Shown: positions 1-9,705 of the stretch, piece after piece
How the letters are laid out: each line of letters opens with the position of its first letter
How positions within the stretch are numbered: the stretch's first letter is position 1
Origin: a virus
Taxonomy: Duplodnaviria > Heunggongvirae > Uroviricota > Caudoviricetes
Length of the DNA stretch: 64,000 bases
Reading direction: 5' to 3' (one strand)
IMG/VR virus record: IMGVR_UViG_3300030332_001481
Location: 3,486-67,485 of that record
The notes under the pieces: model-generated
Told to the model about the DNA's origin: nothing
The model's input: the letters and a program-made list of their open reading frames with translations, nothing else
Database searches by the model: none
Made by a program: the position numbers and the translations under genes

Positions 1-1
1 T

Positions 2-91
2 TCAGTGCGCGATATGAAGAGGCGACACCGCGAGACGGAGCGTCGTACCAAGGAACTTGAGAGTGTGGATTTTGACGAAGAGATCGGCTGA
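2..91 (+). CDS. 3' end of a truncated hypothetical protein (...RRTKELESVDFDEEIG*)
   Basis: Open frame from the window edge to TGA at 89-91, ending 6 nt before the next ATG. Confidence 0.5.
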   Translation, partial: SVRDMKRRHRETERRTKELESVDFDEEIG

Positions 92-97
92 CTTATC

Positions 98-1219
98 ATG
101 GTAGCACGACACCTAAGCAACACAGTTGCAACCACGCCGGAGGTACAGGCTCACATCTTGTACCACTGGCTCACGTACGTTAACGGATTCCTGGAGGTGG
201 AATCTAGTGGGTCCGCCTGGACTCCCACTGACTTCAGCGGATCTACCGGTGTGGTCCAGAGCCTCACTCCTCAGCAGTTCTACGATGCAAACACTGTGTT
301 TGACGCCACTTTCGTGGGTAAGCACATTGCTATCAAGGATTCACTGAATCCTGAGAACTGCTTTGTGGCGGAGATCACCGCTTTTGTTTCCGCCACACAG
401 ATCACTCTCGACAGTACTGCGGTACTGTCGGTTGATGCTACTGACGTCGAATATGTCGTATTTGACACGTCATCACCTCCCTCTGCGGGGGATTTCTTCG
501 TCATCCAGACTCCACGCACCACCGGCCCTCAGTGGCAAGCTCGCTGCACCGTAGGGGCGGCACCTGCTTCCCTACACTGGGATCTGGGATTCATCGGTGG
601 CTGGGACATTGGTACGGGATCGTGGACCCTTCCAGTGTCTTCCCTGCACTACATGCACGACTCAATGCAGCAGCTGTTCTGCGTGACCGACCCCGACGCA
701 GGGTTTGTGTTCCTCTGGTCGGAGGATCCTCCTGGGGGTGCTGCAGTAAATCGCCACGCGCTGTGGTTGGGAGCCCTCAGTCCTTTCCACTCACCCGTGG
801 AGACTGGGGTCCCCAAGGACTTGGCATACTCAGCCATCTTTGGGAGTACAAATGCCACCCCTCCCGCAGACAACCTGAGTAGGGACACCGCAACGGCTGA
901 TAACTTCTGTGTAGGAGAGATGCTGAACACCAGCAGCGCCGTGGTCCCAGCATACATCATGCAGAACCGCCTACTGTCCTCTGGCACTGACGTCATGACA
1001 ATCTCTGCCGCATCTGTGAACCCTCGTTCGATGCAGCAGGATGACTATGACGCAGTAGTCTTCCATGTCTCTCCCGACCAGGCGTGGCGGGGTCGCCTAA
1101 CAGCAGTTCGTACACTCAATGACATCGTTGCAAACAGGACCCCACTCAATAGCAACGGGACCTATGTCCTGGGTAATGGTATCGGTTGTAGCTGGAACGG
1201 GAAGGCCCCGCTGCCGTGA
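98..1219 (+). CDS. Putative virion structural protein (tail/baseplate region), 373 aa
   Basis: Long ORF with beta-rich T/S/G/V composition in a structural cluster; no family motif recognised. Confidence 0.55.
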   Translation: MVARHLSNTVATTPEVQAHILYHWLTYVNGFLEVESSGSAWTPTDFSGSTGVVQSLTPQQFYDANTVFDATFVGKHIAIKDSLNPENCFVAEITAFVSATQITLDSTAVLSVDATDVEYVVFDTSSPPSAGDFFVIQTPRTTGPQWQARCTVGAAPASLHWDLGFIGGWDIGTGSWTLPVSSLHYMHDSMQQLFCVTDPDAGFVFLWSEDPPGGAAVNRHALWLGALSPFHSPVETGVPKDLAYSAIFGSTNATPPADNLSRDTATADNFCVGEMLNTSSAVVPAYIMQNRLLSSGTDVMTISAASVNPRSMQQDDYDAVVFHVSPDQAWRGRLTAVRTLNDIVANRTPLNSNGTYVLGNGIGCSWNGKAPLP

Positions 1220-1599
1220 CTTTTAGCTCTACGACACGACGGATCCTCGCCGAGCTAGAAACCAGCCAGAAGATCGCGTCCAGTGACCACGTGCAGTCCA
1301 TCTTGGAAGTAGGGAGGGCCTTGGCACGTGACAACGATCCCAGGGCACAGCTGGCTCAGAGCATTCTCCCGTCTTGCCTAGCCTGCTTGGAGCAAGGGGA
1401 CTCCTTCCGTCAGTCCTTCAAGTCAGATGTCTTATCTGGGATACCGAAGGTTCGCTGGTTTGACGACAAATTCTGGTGTGTACTTCTGATGCTCCTTGAC
1501 CGGACAGGTAAGGATAACACCCACTTGGGCGGACCTATTCACCAGATGATCTTGGAGATTCACGATGATTTCGATCCTCGTGACATGATTGATGGCTAG
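1216..1599 (+). CDS. Hypothetical protein, 127 aa
   Basis: GTGA start/stop overlap with the upstream gene; helical composition. Confidence 0.65.
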   Translation: MTFSSTTRRILAELETSQKIASSDHVQSILEVGRALARDNDPRAQLAQSILPSCLACLEQGDSFRQSFKSDVLSGIPKVRWFDDKFWCVLLMLLDRTGKDNTHLGGPIHQMILEIHDDFDPRDMIDG

Positions 1600-2164
1600 C
1601 TTCTCCTCAGACTTTTCAGTTAGTTCCTCCTTTGTGGGGGCTGGTACGTCAATTGACGCTACCTTTGGTCAAGCTTGGCCTCCTGAGGCTGGGTGCATTG
1701 GGTACTCTGTCAGTGGCCTACTAGGTGAGGGCGTCTCCACCGTTGTAGCTGCTGTTACTGACGAGGCTCGTGAGTACATGGCACGGTCGATCACTGACGG
1801 TACTTCCTTCCAGATCACACACGTAGCTGTTGGTAGTGGTGGTTACGACCCCGCAAATCCGCTTCTAGCGACCATCGTGGACCCCACGGCAGCCTCCCTA
1901 CAAGCAGAGGTCTTTCGTAAAGAGGTCGATCAGGTTGAGATTACCACTCTAGATGGTACCGCCAGATCGTTTGTCATGCGTCTCGGCCGTGAGGACATTG
2001 CTGCTCCCATTGGTGAAATTGGCCTGTTTGCCACCATCCTCTATTCTCCGTTCTCTTACGAGGTGGGAACTCAGTTCCTTTTTGCTGCCGCTCACCAGCC
2101 CCTCAATGTTAAGACCAACCGACACGTCGCGTCGTACCGCGTCGTAGTAGCTCTAGGAAGCTGA
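1592..2164 (+). CDS. Baseplate/tail-fibre attachment protein resembling the P2 gpH N-terminal (tail-collar fibre, DUF3751-like) domain
   Basis: ITHVAVGSGG...LQAEVFRKEVDQV...IGEIGLFA pattern typical of that domain; ATG at 1592 (track starts at TTG 1589). Confidence 0.6.
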   Translation: MASFSSDFSVSSSFVGAGTSIDATFGQAWPPEAGCIGYSVSGLLGEGVSTVVAAVTDEAREYMARSITDGTSFQITHVAVGSGGYDPANPLLATIVDPTAASLQAEVFRKEVDQVEITTLDGTARSFVMRLGREDIAAPIGEIGLFATILYSPFSYEVGTQFLFAAAHQPLNVKTNRHVASYRVVVALGS

Positions 2165-2167
2165 ATC

Positions 2168-3724
2168 ATGGACTTCTTCAATACATTCAAGCAGCTCCTC
2201 AAGTTGTCCGTGTCAGACGAGGAGGTCGTGGCTAAGAACTCGCTTCTTGCCGACACCGACTTCGCTGCCGCCATTTCTGCGCACATCGACGCACTGACGG
2301 TGGACCACAATCTCCGACTTAACACCACAAATGTCTCGGCTTCGAGCGGTCTTCTTGTGCCTGACGAGAATTCTCGCGAAATATGCTACGACCCGAAAGG
2401 CTCAGGTAAGGTCATTCAGGGTCATCTAGAAGCAAACATCAACAACGTTGTCAAGATGTGGCAACGGTCGGATGATGCCGACGGTACAGCTACTGGAACT
2501 CCGTACGGCACTTTAGTAGATGGTCGTCGCTTCTACATCACTGATAGCTCGCGTGGGGTGTTATACCTAAACGAGCATGGCCAAATACTAGGTGGTGTTC
2601 CTGGGTTTAATCAACCATCTCCTGGGTACGGAGTTCCCTCATCCGCCATCACCTTCCAGGTTGGAGTCGTGGAGTACTTGGCTGTTTGCTCCACTCAGGA
2701 TCATTTCATCCAGGTATATGATACCTCGGATTTCAGCCTTGTAAGTACTTTTGGTACTTATGGAGTTGCAGGACTGCCCTCCGGAGGGGACGTGGATAGT
2801 CCCACTGACCTGGCCTTTGATGAGGCTACGTCTACTCTGTACGTGTCTTGTATTGCTGGCATGCCCCCTGGTGGAACGGGCACAGGGTTCGTCTTTTCCC
2901 TTGACCTCACGGATCCGGCACTCCCCGTGTTTGGTTCGTACCTCGCTGTCAATGATGGCAGTACACTTGATCAGGGGTCTGTTGTCTCCCCTATGAGTCT
3001 GTTTTATGACTCGAACCTTTCTTCCCTCTGGATCCTTTCTGTAGACGCTCTAAACGTTACACGCCCTTTAGAAGTTGGCGCTCTGGCTGTCACTGGGACC
3101 GCAGGTCTGGGGTACCTAAATGGGTACTTGGAGTTCCGCGGGACGGACTTTTCGGTTAGTTCCCTTGCATCAAAGCTTCATGTAGACGTAACTCGTCGTC
3201 GTCTATACCTCACAAATTCCCCCGGGGTTGAGGTGTTTGATACTACTTCCATGAAACACTTGTACACGTTTGGTGGATTTGGTCAGGATGAAAGTTCTGA
3301 TGTGCCTGATAGTGGCACCACACTTCCTCCCACCGCAAGTTTAGTAATGAGCGTAGTGTCAGACACCCTTACGGTTGACGGTGTTGACATCAACTTTCTC
3401 CTCTTCACTGATTTGACCAACAACCGAGTTGTGCGCGTTGGTGAGAACTTGTATGAGGGTGAGAACATTGTAGTGTTCACTGCTATGGAGTTTGATGTTC
3501 CCATTAGTCTCCATGGGTACTTGGTAAAGGGAAGCCTTTCTTCCTCCAAGGTGATCATCGAGTACCGAACCTCTACAACGGGGGCATGGCAGGTACTTTC
3601 CCCTACTGACTCTGTCCCAGCCCGCGAGTGGTTTCAGTTCCGACTCAAAATAGCATCTGACTTGTCAGACATGATCCAACGTCGTGCTATCCACGAGATC
3701 TTGGTAGTAGGTGAGCAGGAGTAA
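2168..3724 (+). CDS. Virion protein with NHL/YVTN-like beta-propeller, 518 aa
   Basis: Repeats such as FYITDSSRGVLYL, SPTDLAFDEATSTLYVS, LHVDVTRRRLYLTN, LLFTDLTNNRVVRV. Confidence 0.6.
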   Translation: MDFFNTFKQLLKLSVSDEEVVAKNSLLADTDFAAAISAHIDALTVDHNLRLNTTNVSASSGLLVPDENSREICYDPKGSGKVIQGHLEANINNVVKMWQRSDDADGTATGTPYGTLVDGRRFYITDSSRGVLYLNEHGQILGGVPGFNQPSPGYGVPSSAITFQVGVVEYLAVCSTQDHFIQVYDTSDFSLVSTFGTYGVAGLPSGGDVDSPTDLAFDEATSTLYVSCIAGMPPGGTGTGFVFSLDLTDPALPVFGSYLAVNDGSTLDQGSVVSPMSLFYDSNLSSLWILSVDALNVTRPLEVGALAVTGTAGLGYLNGYLEFRGTDFSVSSLASKLHVDVTRRRLYLTNSPGVEVFDTTSMKHLYTFGGFGQDESSDVPDSGTTLPPTASLVMSVVSDTLTVDGVDINFLLFTDLTNNRVVRVGENLYEGENIVVFTAMEFDVPISLHGYLVKGSLSSSKVIIEYRTSTTGAWQVLSPTDSVPAREWFQFRLKIASDLSDMIQRRAIHEILVVGEQE

Positions 3725-4001
3725 CTATGGCTTGTTCGACGGCGTCGTCCGCCGCTGAGACAACGACTTCAGTCGTCTTAACTGCCACTTCGCGTACGTT
3801 GTCTGTGCGTCATGAGGCATTCTCCATCTACAGTAACCCCTGTGCCTACCTTCAGGCGAATCTCCTACCTCTAATAAGTGCGGATGCGTCCATTCCTGCT
3901 AGCGCCTCATATACATGTAGTCTTGACTCTATATCTGTTTTATCGAGCGGCAAGCGTCTGTACTTGTTCACCCTTGTTGCTTCTTGGACGGAGTAATACC
4001 A

Positions 4002-4463
4002 ATGGAAGACATTTTAGCCATTCTTGAGCAGGCAGTGGGATTTCTTCTTCCACACTTGCCCTTCATTGGAACTGTGCTGGTTTTCACCATCATTGGACAG
4101 TTCACCAGTCGTCGTCTTTTCACGCGAGAGCGTGCATACAAGAAACAGAAGTCAGCCTGGTACAAATTCTGGGAGAACCAGTGGTTCTGGTGGTGGATGC
4201 GGGAGTCTCTGCCTCTTCACCCGATCATGTCAGGTGCTCTTCTGGGCCTTGTGTGGCAAGACCCTGAGGGACATGGCTGGGCACCCTTAGCCTCCATGTC
4301 TTACTTTGCCCTCGCAGGGGTACTTAGCCTATTTTCTTGGGCTGTAATCCGTGGGGTTCTCAAGAAGCGTGGCATAGATTTGGTACTCCCTGGAGAGAGC
4401 GTTCGACCTCCACGCCATTCCTATCCCTCACTGTCAGACGAGGACATTGAGGAGGTCCTGTGA
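4002..4463 (+). CDS. Multi-pass membrane protein, holin-like candidate
   Basis: About 3 hydrophobic segments, basic then acidic C-tail; GGAG 8 nt before ATG 4002. Confidence 0.45.
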   Translation: MEDILAILEQAVGFLLPHLPFIGTVLVFTIIGQFTSRRLFTRERAYKKQKSAWYKFWENQWFWWWMRESLPLHPIMSGALLGLVWQDPEGHGWAPLASMSYFALAGVLSLFSWAVIRGVLKKRGIDLVLPGESVRPPRHSYPSLSDEDIEEVL

Positions 4464-4855
4464 CATCGGTACAGGCAAAACTTAGGTACGTGGCCTCAGT
4501 TGCGTCTTCTCGTGGGTTACGCGTTCTAGCTGCTCGCCTACAGCGGGTGGCTGGAAACTGGAAGTCTACTTCCTCTGATGAAGTCTTGGTTGACGGGATC
4601 GAGGAAGACCGCGCCGATGAACCTCCTCTGGAGGAGGTAGACACTGACGCTTCAGACAAGCTATATGAGGAATCAGATGAGGAATCAGATGAGGAATCAG
4701 ATGAGGAATCAGATGAGGAATCAGATCTAGAGGACAAGGACGCTTCTTTTGGTGGTGGAATCCCTGTGGGTTCTCTTCCTCACAAAGAGCGTCGTCAAGG
4801 GCCCCACCCCAAGGACGTCGAAGTGGGCAAGCCTGACTGGTGGAATAAGTGGTGA
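4460..4855 (+). CDS. Acidic hypothetical protein with EESD tandem repeats, 131 aa
   Basis: GTGA overlap with the upstream stop; basic N-terminus and acidic repeat core. Confidence 0.65.
   Translation: MTSVQAKLRYVASVASSRGLRVLAARLQRVAGNWKSTSSDEVLVDGIEEDRADEPPLEEVDTDASDKLYEESDEESDEESDEESDEESDLEDKDASFGGGIPVGSLPHKERRQGPHPKDVEVGKPDWWNKW
4667..4726 (+). repeat. Perfect 12-bp tandem repeat GAGGAATCAGAT x5 (encodes EESD x5)
   Basis: Read directly from the sequence. Confidence 0.97.
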
Positions 4856-5256
4856 CTAGTCGTTTGAGGGCTTTTACTCTCTTGGTAATCCTTATTACGG
4901 GGCAAGCTTGCCTCTGTTTCGCTCAAGAGGTACCTACGGGCCCCCAGCTATCCGTGCCCTTGCTGGAAGGGCGTCCAGCGCCTTTCACTGGCCTTTTAAT
5001 CTCAGAAGCCGCTGCAGGTGAATGCATCGAAGATGCCGCCGAGGTAGACCGTCTTAGAGTAGAGACACGAGTTCGCCTCAGAGAACTCGAAGTGAGTGCC
5101 CAATTGTACGAAGAGTTTGTAGGGGAGCAGCGTTCTCGCATTACGGCCTTGAGTCAGTATAGCTGGTGGGACGAGAATGGCGCTCTATTTTCTCTTGGTG
5201 TAGGCCTAGTTTTGGGAGTTGTAGTCTCACTCGTCGTTTTTGCACTCGCTCAGTAG
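4849..5256 (+). CDS. Exported protein with N-terminal signal, coiled coil and C-terminal TM helix (spanin-like candidate)
   Basis: Hydrophobic N-terminus, GRPAPFTGLL segment, heptad-like middle, C-terminal LFSLGVGLVLGVVVSLVVFALA. Confidence 0.45.
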   Translation: MVTSRLRAFTLLVILITGQACLCFAQEVPTGPQLSVPLLEGRPAPFTGLLISEAAAGECIEDAAEVDRLRVETRVRLRELEVSAQLYEEFVGEQRSRITALSQYSWWDENGALFSLGVGLVLGVVVSLVVFALAQ

Positions 5257-5264
5257 GTAACACC

Positions 5265-7931
5265 ATGGCTGATCTGAAATTCATTGGCACCAACTACCCG
5301 TCAGAAACGATCCAGCGGCAGGCAAATCCCACTGCTGACTCGTTATTGATCAACCGGGTTCGTCCAACTGGCGGTGGGTTACCTTTTGTCATTGAGCCAG
5401 TAAATGACAGTACTATTGCGAGCGCCACCCTCTTTAGAGTACTTGACGCCCCTGCAGGGACATCGGCAGTAGAGCTGACCAGGAACAGTACTGGGAGTTC
5501 CTTTGAGCTTGATATTGCTGGAGAAATCTTTAGTAGTCGTGGCACGTTCAATTCTCCGTGGGAATCTAACTTTGTTGATTTCGATTATCAGCTAGCTCTT
5601 ACCTTTGCACCCTCAGGCACTCCGTCTTATGGGCCAGCAAGTTCGGCCTCCGTAGTATACGGCACCGGGTCCGCAGCCCCTGACGTTACCGGATTTGCAT
5701 CAGGGCTGGGATCTCTGTTGTTGACGTCTGACGGAGTTGCCTACATTAAGTCGGGGCCTACTAACACAGACTGGTCACAGCTTTCAACTGTAGATGGAAT
5801 CTGGCCTCAACTAGCTCCGTCAGGGTCAGCTGCAGCCCCAAGCTATGCTTTCGCACCAAATAGTGGCACTGGTGTTAGCTCCTCCGTTTCAGGGGACTCA
5901 CTAATCATTTCAGCAGACGGAGACTCTGTACTAGAGGTACTGGGGGCGCCGGTAGACGGATCTGGTGTCACGTCATTTTTGTCCGTAGCAGGGGATGCTT
6001 CACAACTTAACTCTACCTCTGATGGGTTTACCCTTATCCAGGGTAACGTAGTTGACACTGCACTTGGAGCTTCTGGGCCCAAGTTGCTGCTTTCTTTGGG
6101 GGTAGATTCTACCCCTGTATGGGAGGTAGATAGTACCGGTACACTAGTCACAGGAACGATTGGAGGGGCAGCTGGAGGTGACCTCTCGGGTACATACCCA
6201 AATCCCACCGTAGGCAAGCTTCAGGGACGCGATGTTGCTTCTACGGTGCCCACCAACGCCTACGTGCTGACCTGGAATAGTGGAGCTGCTCGGTGGGAGC
6301 CGCAGGCGGCCCCCGGTAGCACAGTTACTCTTCAAGATGCGTACGATGGGGATCCCACAGTCACTCTTGTGTCCGCGACTCCCATCGCGCTCACTGCGGC
6401 AGGGGCGAATGAGGACGGGGTCACGGTCACGGACGGTACCGCCACAGCGCGGTACCGAGCAGATGCGGTGGTCGTCGAGGGCGACACGCTCACCATCACC
6501 GCCGGAGGTGGTCAGGCCGCAGTGGTCGACGGACTGCTAAGTGCAGCGACCGGTGACGAGGTGGCCTTCGACCTGTCCTACACGGTCAACAAACTGACCA
6601 GCGGAAACTACACGGGGCTGAAGGTCAACGTCACCGAGACCTCAGTGCCTGGCAGCGCCAACAAACTGATGGATCTTCAGCTTGGTGGCACCAGCTTCAT
6701 GCAGCTGATGTCTACTGGACAGCTTCAGGTCGCTGCGGCAGGAGCAGGATTGCCGATCATCGCTAGCTTCACGGATGACGACACTGGGATCACGTGGGCC
6801 GGCAGCGGCGACGACATCCTGCGTGTTGCCGCGGGCGGCGAAGAGGTAATGCGCGTCGGCCCCCACGATGCGGCGAACGGCAGTGGCGAGATCGACTTCT
6901 GTAAGCTGGAGTTCGACCCCACTCTTCAGAACACAGTCGGAGATGGCTGGAACGCGCTGGCAGTTGATGTACTGGCGCCCGGTAATGGTAGCGGCGCGGA
7001 TCAGCGCATGATGGATCTGCGGCTCGCTGGAACCACGGTGGCTGCCATCGACGTTCAGGGAGCACTGCACGTTAGTGACGGCTATGTCACTGATCCCTCA
7101 CTCTCTTTCTTGAGCGAACCCAGCACGGGCTTTCGGTGGAGTGGTGCGGGCGAGATGCGCGGCGTATGTGCCGGCACAGACATCTTGGTCCTCACAGACG
7201 CCGCCACTGCCTCTGATCCGATCCTAGAGTTGCAAGACGTAGGCACCACGCGAATCACCGTGCAACGGGATGGGACGATCGAGGCCAACGGAACGCTTAC
7301 AGCGCAAGGTAGTGTAACCACTGGGTCTCCTGCTGTGGATTTGACTAACGCCAATAGTTTCACGGGCAGCAGCGGCCTTCAGGTCTTTGCGCAAGTTGCA
7401 GGCACGGTGAATCAAACCGGAACAGCCGGGTACGCAGGACTTGTGGTCAACATCACAGAGACTGCGACTGGGTCTGGTGGCCGTACTGGTCTGCTGGTGC
7501 AGCAGGGCGCTGACATTGTCTTTCGTGTGGCTGACGATGTGGTGGCTGTGCCGCTGGACGGGACAAAGGTAGCCCCCGCCCTCCAGGTCGGAAACCAGGC
7601 CATGGGCTTGTACGATGGTGGCACTAACATCCTGGGTATTGCGGTGAACAGCGAAGCTGTGCTGCTCGATAACACTGGTACGGATCCCGAGTTCACACCC
7701 GATGTCGACAACACCTGGATGTGCGGTACTTCTTCGCTGCGATGGAAGGAGATCAATACGGTGGTTTCCAATGTGGGCGACATCGAACTGCATGGACAAA
7801 CTGACGATGCACACTGGACAATCAATGAGGATCGTCATGGCCTTTATGCGCATGACCGTAAGACGGGAAGAGTGTTCAAAATACCTCTTGTTGAGATTGA
7901 TCCGTCAGAGGCCCCAGACCCGGTGAACTAA
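5265..7931 (+). CDS. Long tail fibre protein, about 888 aa
   Basis: G/S/T-rich; AGGDLSGTYPNPTV fibre motif; C-terminal GTSSLRWKEINT..GDIEL..WTINED...LYAHDRKTGRVFKIPLVEI typical of fibre C-terminal modules; ATG 5265 preferred over the track start 5166. Confidence 0.75.
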   Translation: MADLKFIGTNYPSETIQRQANPTADSLLINRVRPTGGGLPFVIEPVNDSTIASATLFRVLDAPAGTSAVELTRNSTGSSFELDIAGEIFSSRGTFNSPWESNFVDFDYQLALTFAPSGTPSYGPASSASVVYGTGSAAPDVTGFASGLGSLLLTSDGVAYIKSGPTNTDWSQLSTVDGIWPQLAPSGSAAAPSYAFAPNSGTGVSSSVSGDSLIISADGDSVLEVLGAPVDGSGVTSFLSVAGDASQLNSTSDGFTLIQGNVVDTALGASGPKLLLSLGVDSTPVWEVDSTGTLVTGTIGGAAGGDLSGTYPNPTVGKLQGRDVASTVPTNAYVLTWNSGAARWEPQAAPGSTVTLQDAYDGDPTVTLVSATPIALTAAGANEDGVTVTDGTATARYRADAVVVEGDTLTITAGGGQAAVVDGLLSAATGDEVAFDLSYTVNKLTSGNYTGLKVNVTETSVPGSANKLMDLQLGGTSFMQLMSTGQLQVAAAGAGLPIIASFTDDDTGITWAGSGDDILRVAAGGEEVMRVGPHDAANGSGEIDFCKLEFDPTLQNTVGDGWNALAVDVLAPGNGSGADQRMMDLRLAGTTVAAIDVQGALHVSDGYVTDPSLSFLSEPSTGFRWSGAGEMRGVCAGTDILVLTDAATASDPILELQDVGTTRITVQRDGTIEANGTLTAQGSVTTGSPAVDLTNANSFTGSSGLQVFAQVAGTVNQTGTAGYAGLVVNITETATGSGGRTGLLVQQGADIVFRVADDVVAVPLDGTKVAPALQVGNQAMGLYDGGTNILGIAVNSEAVLLDNTGTDPEFTPDVDNTWMCGTSSLRWKEINTVVSNVGDIELHGQTDDAHWTINEDRHGLYAHDRKTGRVFKIPLVEIDPSEAPDPVN

Positions 7932-9695
7932 GTGGCTGACTTTATCGTTTCAGGCGGTGGTTTGGTAGTTTCAAGTGGTGGCTTTTTAGTCCAGGCCGTC
8001 TCAGCTGTCTTGCTCGACTACGGTGATGCGACGTTCTTTCGCGCCAGTAGGAGTGCGCTAGTAGACCCTCGTGAAGGATGGACGTACGACGCCGTAGGCT
8101 GGGCCTTGCACGAAACACCAAGCCCAGACATTGCCTCGGACTGGGTGACAGTTCTTTCGCCTGTTATTACAGGCGGACAAGCAGATCCGAACGGTGGTAC
8201 CGATGCAACCTATCTTGAGGATGACAACGCCTCTGGGTACGAGGCGGTGGAGTGGATCGGGTCGGTGGCCATGGCCACCGACGGTACTTATCGGTTCCGC
8301 GTCTACATCGCAAAGGATGCTGATGAGACGCGGTTCCCAGAGTTTCAGTTCAAAGACAGTGCTGGTAGCGCGCTGCGATACATCGATGTCAACACTTCGA
8401 CCGGTGCCACAGCAACACGGGTGAACACCGGGTGGATCTCAGCCTCTCACACGCTCACAAGCCACGACGCGTCGTGGTGGCTGCTCACTGTCGAGCTTAC
8501 TTCGCCCAACACGAACACCATCCAACTCCTCATCCACCCAGCCGTGGGCACAACCCTCGGGAGTGCGACGGTTACGGCTGTCGGGGGCGTCACTGTCTAC
8601 GTCGATCAAATCGATTCCGAGGCTGGATGGAAGGCCACGGATGTACCACGCATCCTGAGTGATGGTGCCCTCTTGGTCGAGGGGGCCCGGACTAATCTCA
8701 TCACGCACAGCGCCGACCTCTCGGCGTGGAGCGCTAGCAATGCCTCAGTAGTGGGAGGAGAGATTGCACCTGATGGTGGTGTTACTGCTTACGAGGCAAC
8801 TGATGCCTCCGCGGTAGCACAGGGGTATCGGCAGACCGTTGTTACGACAACAGCAACAGGGGCGCACGTGCTCTCTTGCTACATAGCAAAAGATGCAGTC
8901 ACCTCTCGTTTCCCTCACATTTCGATCACAGCCGGAACGGGTACTATCACTCCGTCTGCGGTCAGTTTTCGCGTGAATACGTCCACCGGGGCGTACCACG
9001 ACTTTTCCGGGTCTGGTACAAGCATTACTGTGCTCGATAGCGGTGCGTGGTGGCATGTGTGTGTGTCGTTTAGTGTGGCCACGACTGGGTCGCTGAACGT
9101 GCGGCTATACCCAGCGGCTGCGTCAACCATCGACGGTGGAGGCGAGGTGGCCACGCTGGGTAGTGTGATTTCGTGGGGTTGGCAGTTTGAGGCAGGGGCA
9201 TACCCTTCTAGCTTGATCCAAACAGAGGGAGCATCTGCGACGAGGGCGTTTGAGCGTCCAAGTTTTCTGAGTTCAGAAGGGAGCCCGTGGCCTGAGCGGA
9301 TCAATAGTGGTCGCTTCACTATCGATGTGTGGCCGGCATGGTCGAGCGCAGAGGCTCCTGCGGGGCAGTTCTCCTATATCCTAGCGAATGGGAATAGTGA
9401 CGTTTTCTACCTCTACAAGAACGCCAGTACATTAGAGGTGCGCCTTCAGGCCGCAAGTGTAAACGTCATTACTCCGTTGGGCATTACGTTCTCCGCGCAC
9501 CAGCGACTTACATTTACGATCGATTGGCCAGCCCAGGAGCTTACCGTGAGTGGGGCTACTACTGGAGACCAAACGGCCGCGATCACAGCGGCGGAGTTCA
9601 CCATGACCTCAACGGATCGTCTTACTGTCGGACATAGCACGTCCACCACGGGCCGTGAGTTCAACGGAGTTCTTTCCTGGCCAGTAACGTCTTGA
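7932..9695 (+). CDS. Tail spike/fibre protein with duplicated carbohydrate-binding-like beta-sandwich domains, 587 aa
   Basis: LLVEGARTNLITHSADLSAW and WGWQFEAGAYPSSLIQT motifs typical of phage spike/fibre domains; internal duplication. Confidence 0.65.
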   Translation: MADFIVSGGGLVVSSGGFLVQAVSAVLLDYGDATFFRASRSALVDPREGWTYDAVGWALHETPSPDIASDWVTVLSPVITGGQADPNGGTDATYLEDDNASGYEAVEWIGSVAMATDGTYRFRVYIAKDADETRFPEFQFKDSAGSALRYIDVNTSTGATATRVNTGWISASHTLTSHDASWWLLTVELTSPNTNTIQLLIHPAVGTTLGSATVTAVGGVTVYVDQIDSEAGWKATDVPRILSDGALLVEGARTNLITHSADLSAWSASNASVVGGEIAPDGGVTAYEATDASAVAQGYRQTVVTTTATGAHVLSCYIAKDAVTSRFPHISITAGTGTITPSAVSFRVNTSTGAYHDFSGSGTSITVLDSGAWWHVCVSFSVATTGSLNVRLYPAAASTIDGGGEVATLGSVISWGWQFEAGAYPSSLIQTEGASATRAFERPSFLSSEGSPWPERINSGRFTIDVWPAWSSAEAPAGQFSYILANGNSDVFYLYKNASTLEVRLQAASVNVITPLGITFSAHQRLTFTIDWPAQELTVSGATTGDQTAAITAAEFTMTSTDRLTVGHSTSTTGREFNGVLSWPVTS

Positions 9696-9705
9696 GGCGA
9701 ATCGT

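Noticed and set aside
1-2200. Apparent abundance of CTAG
   Set aside because: About 8 sites in 2.2 kb is close to random expectation, so CTAG is merely not depleted; a genome-wide count would be needed
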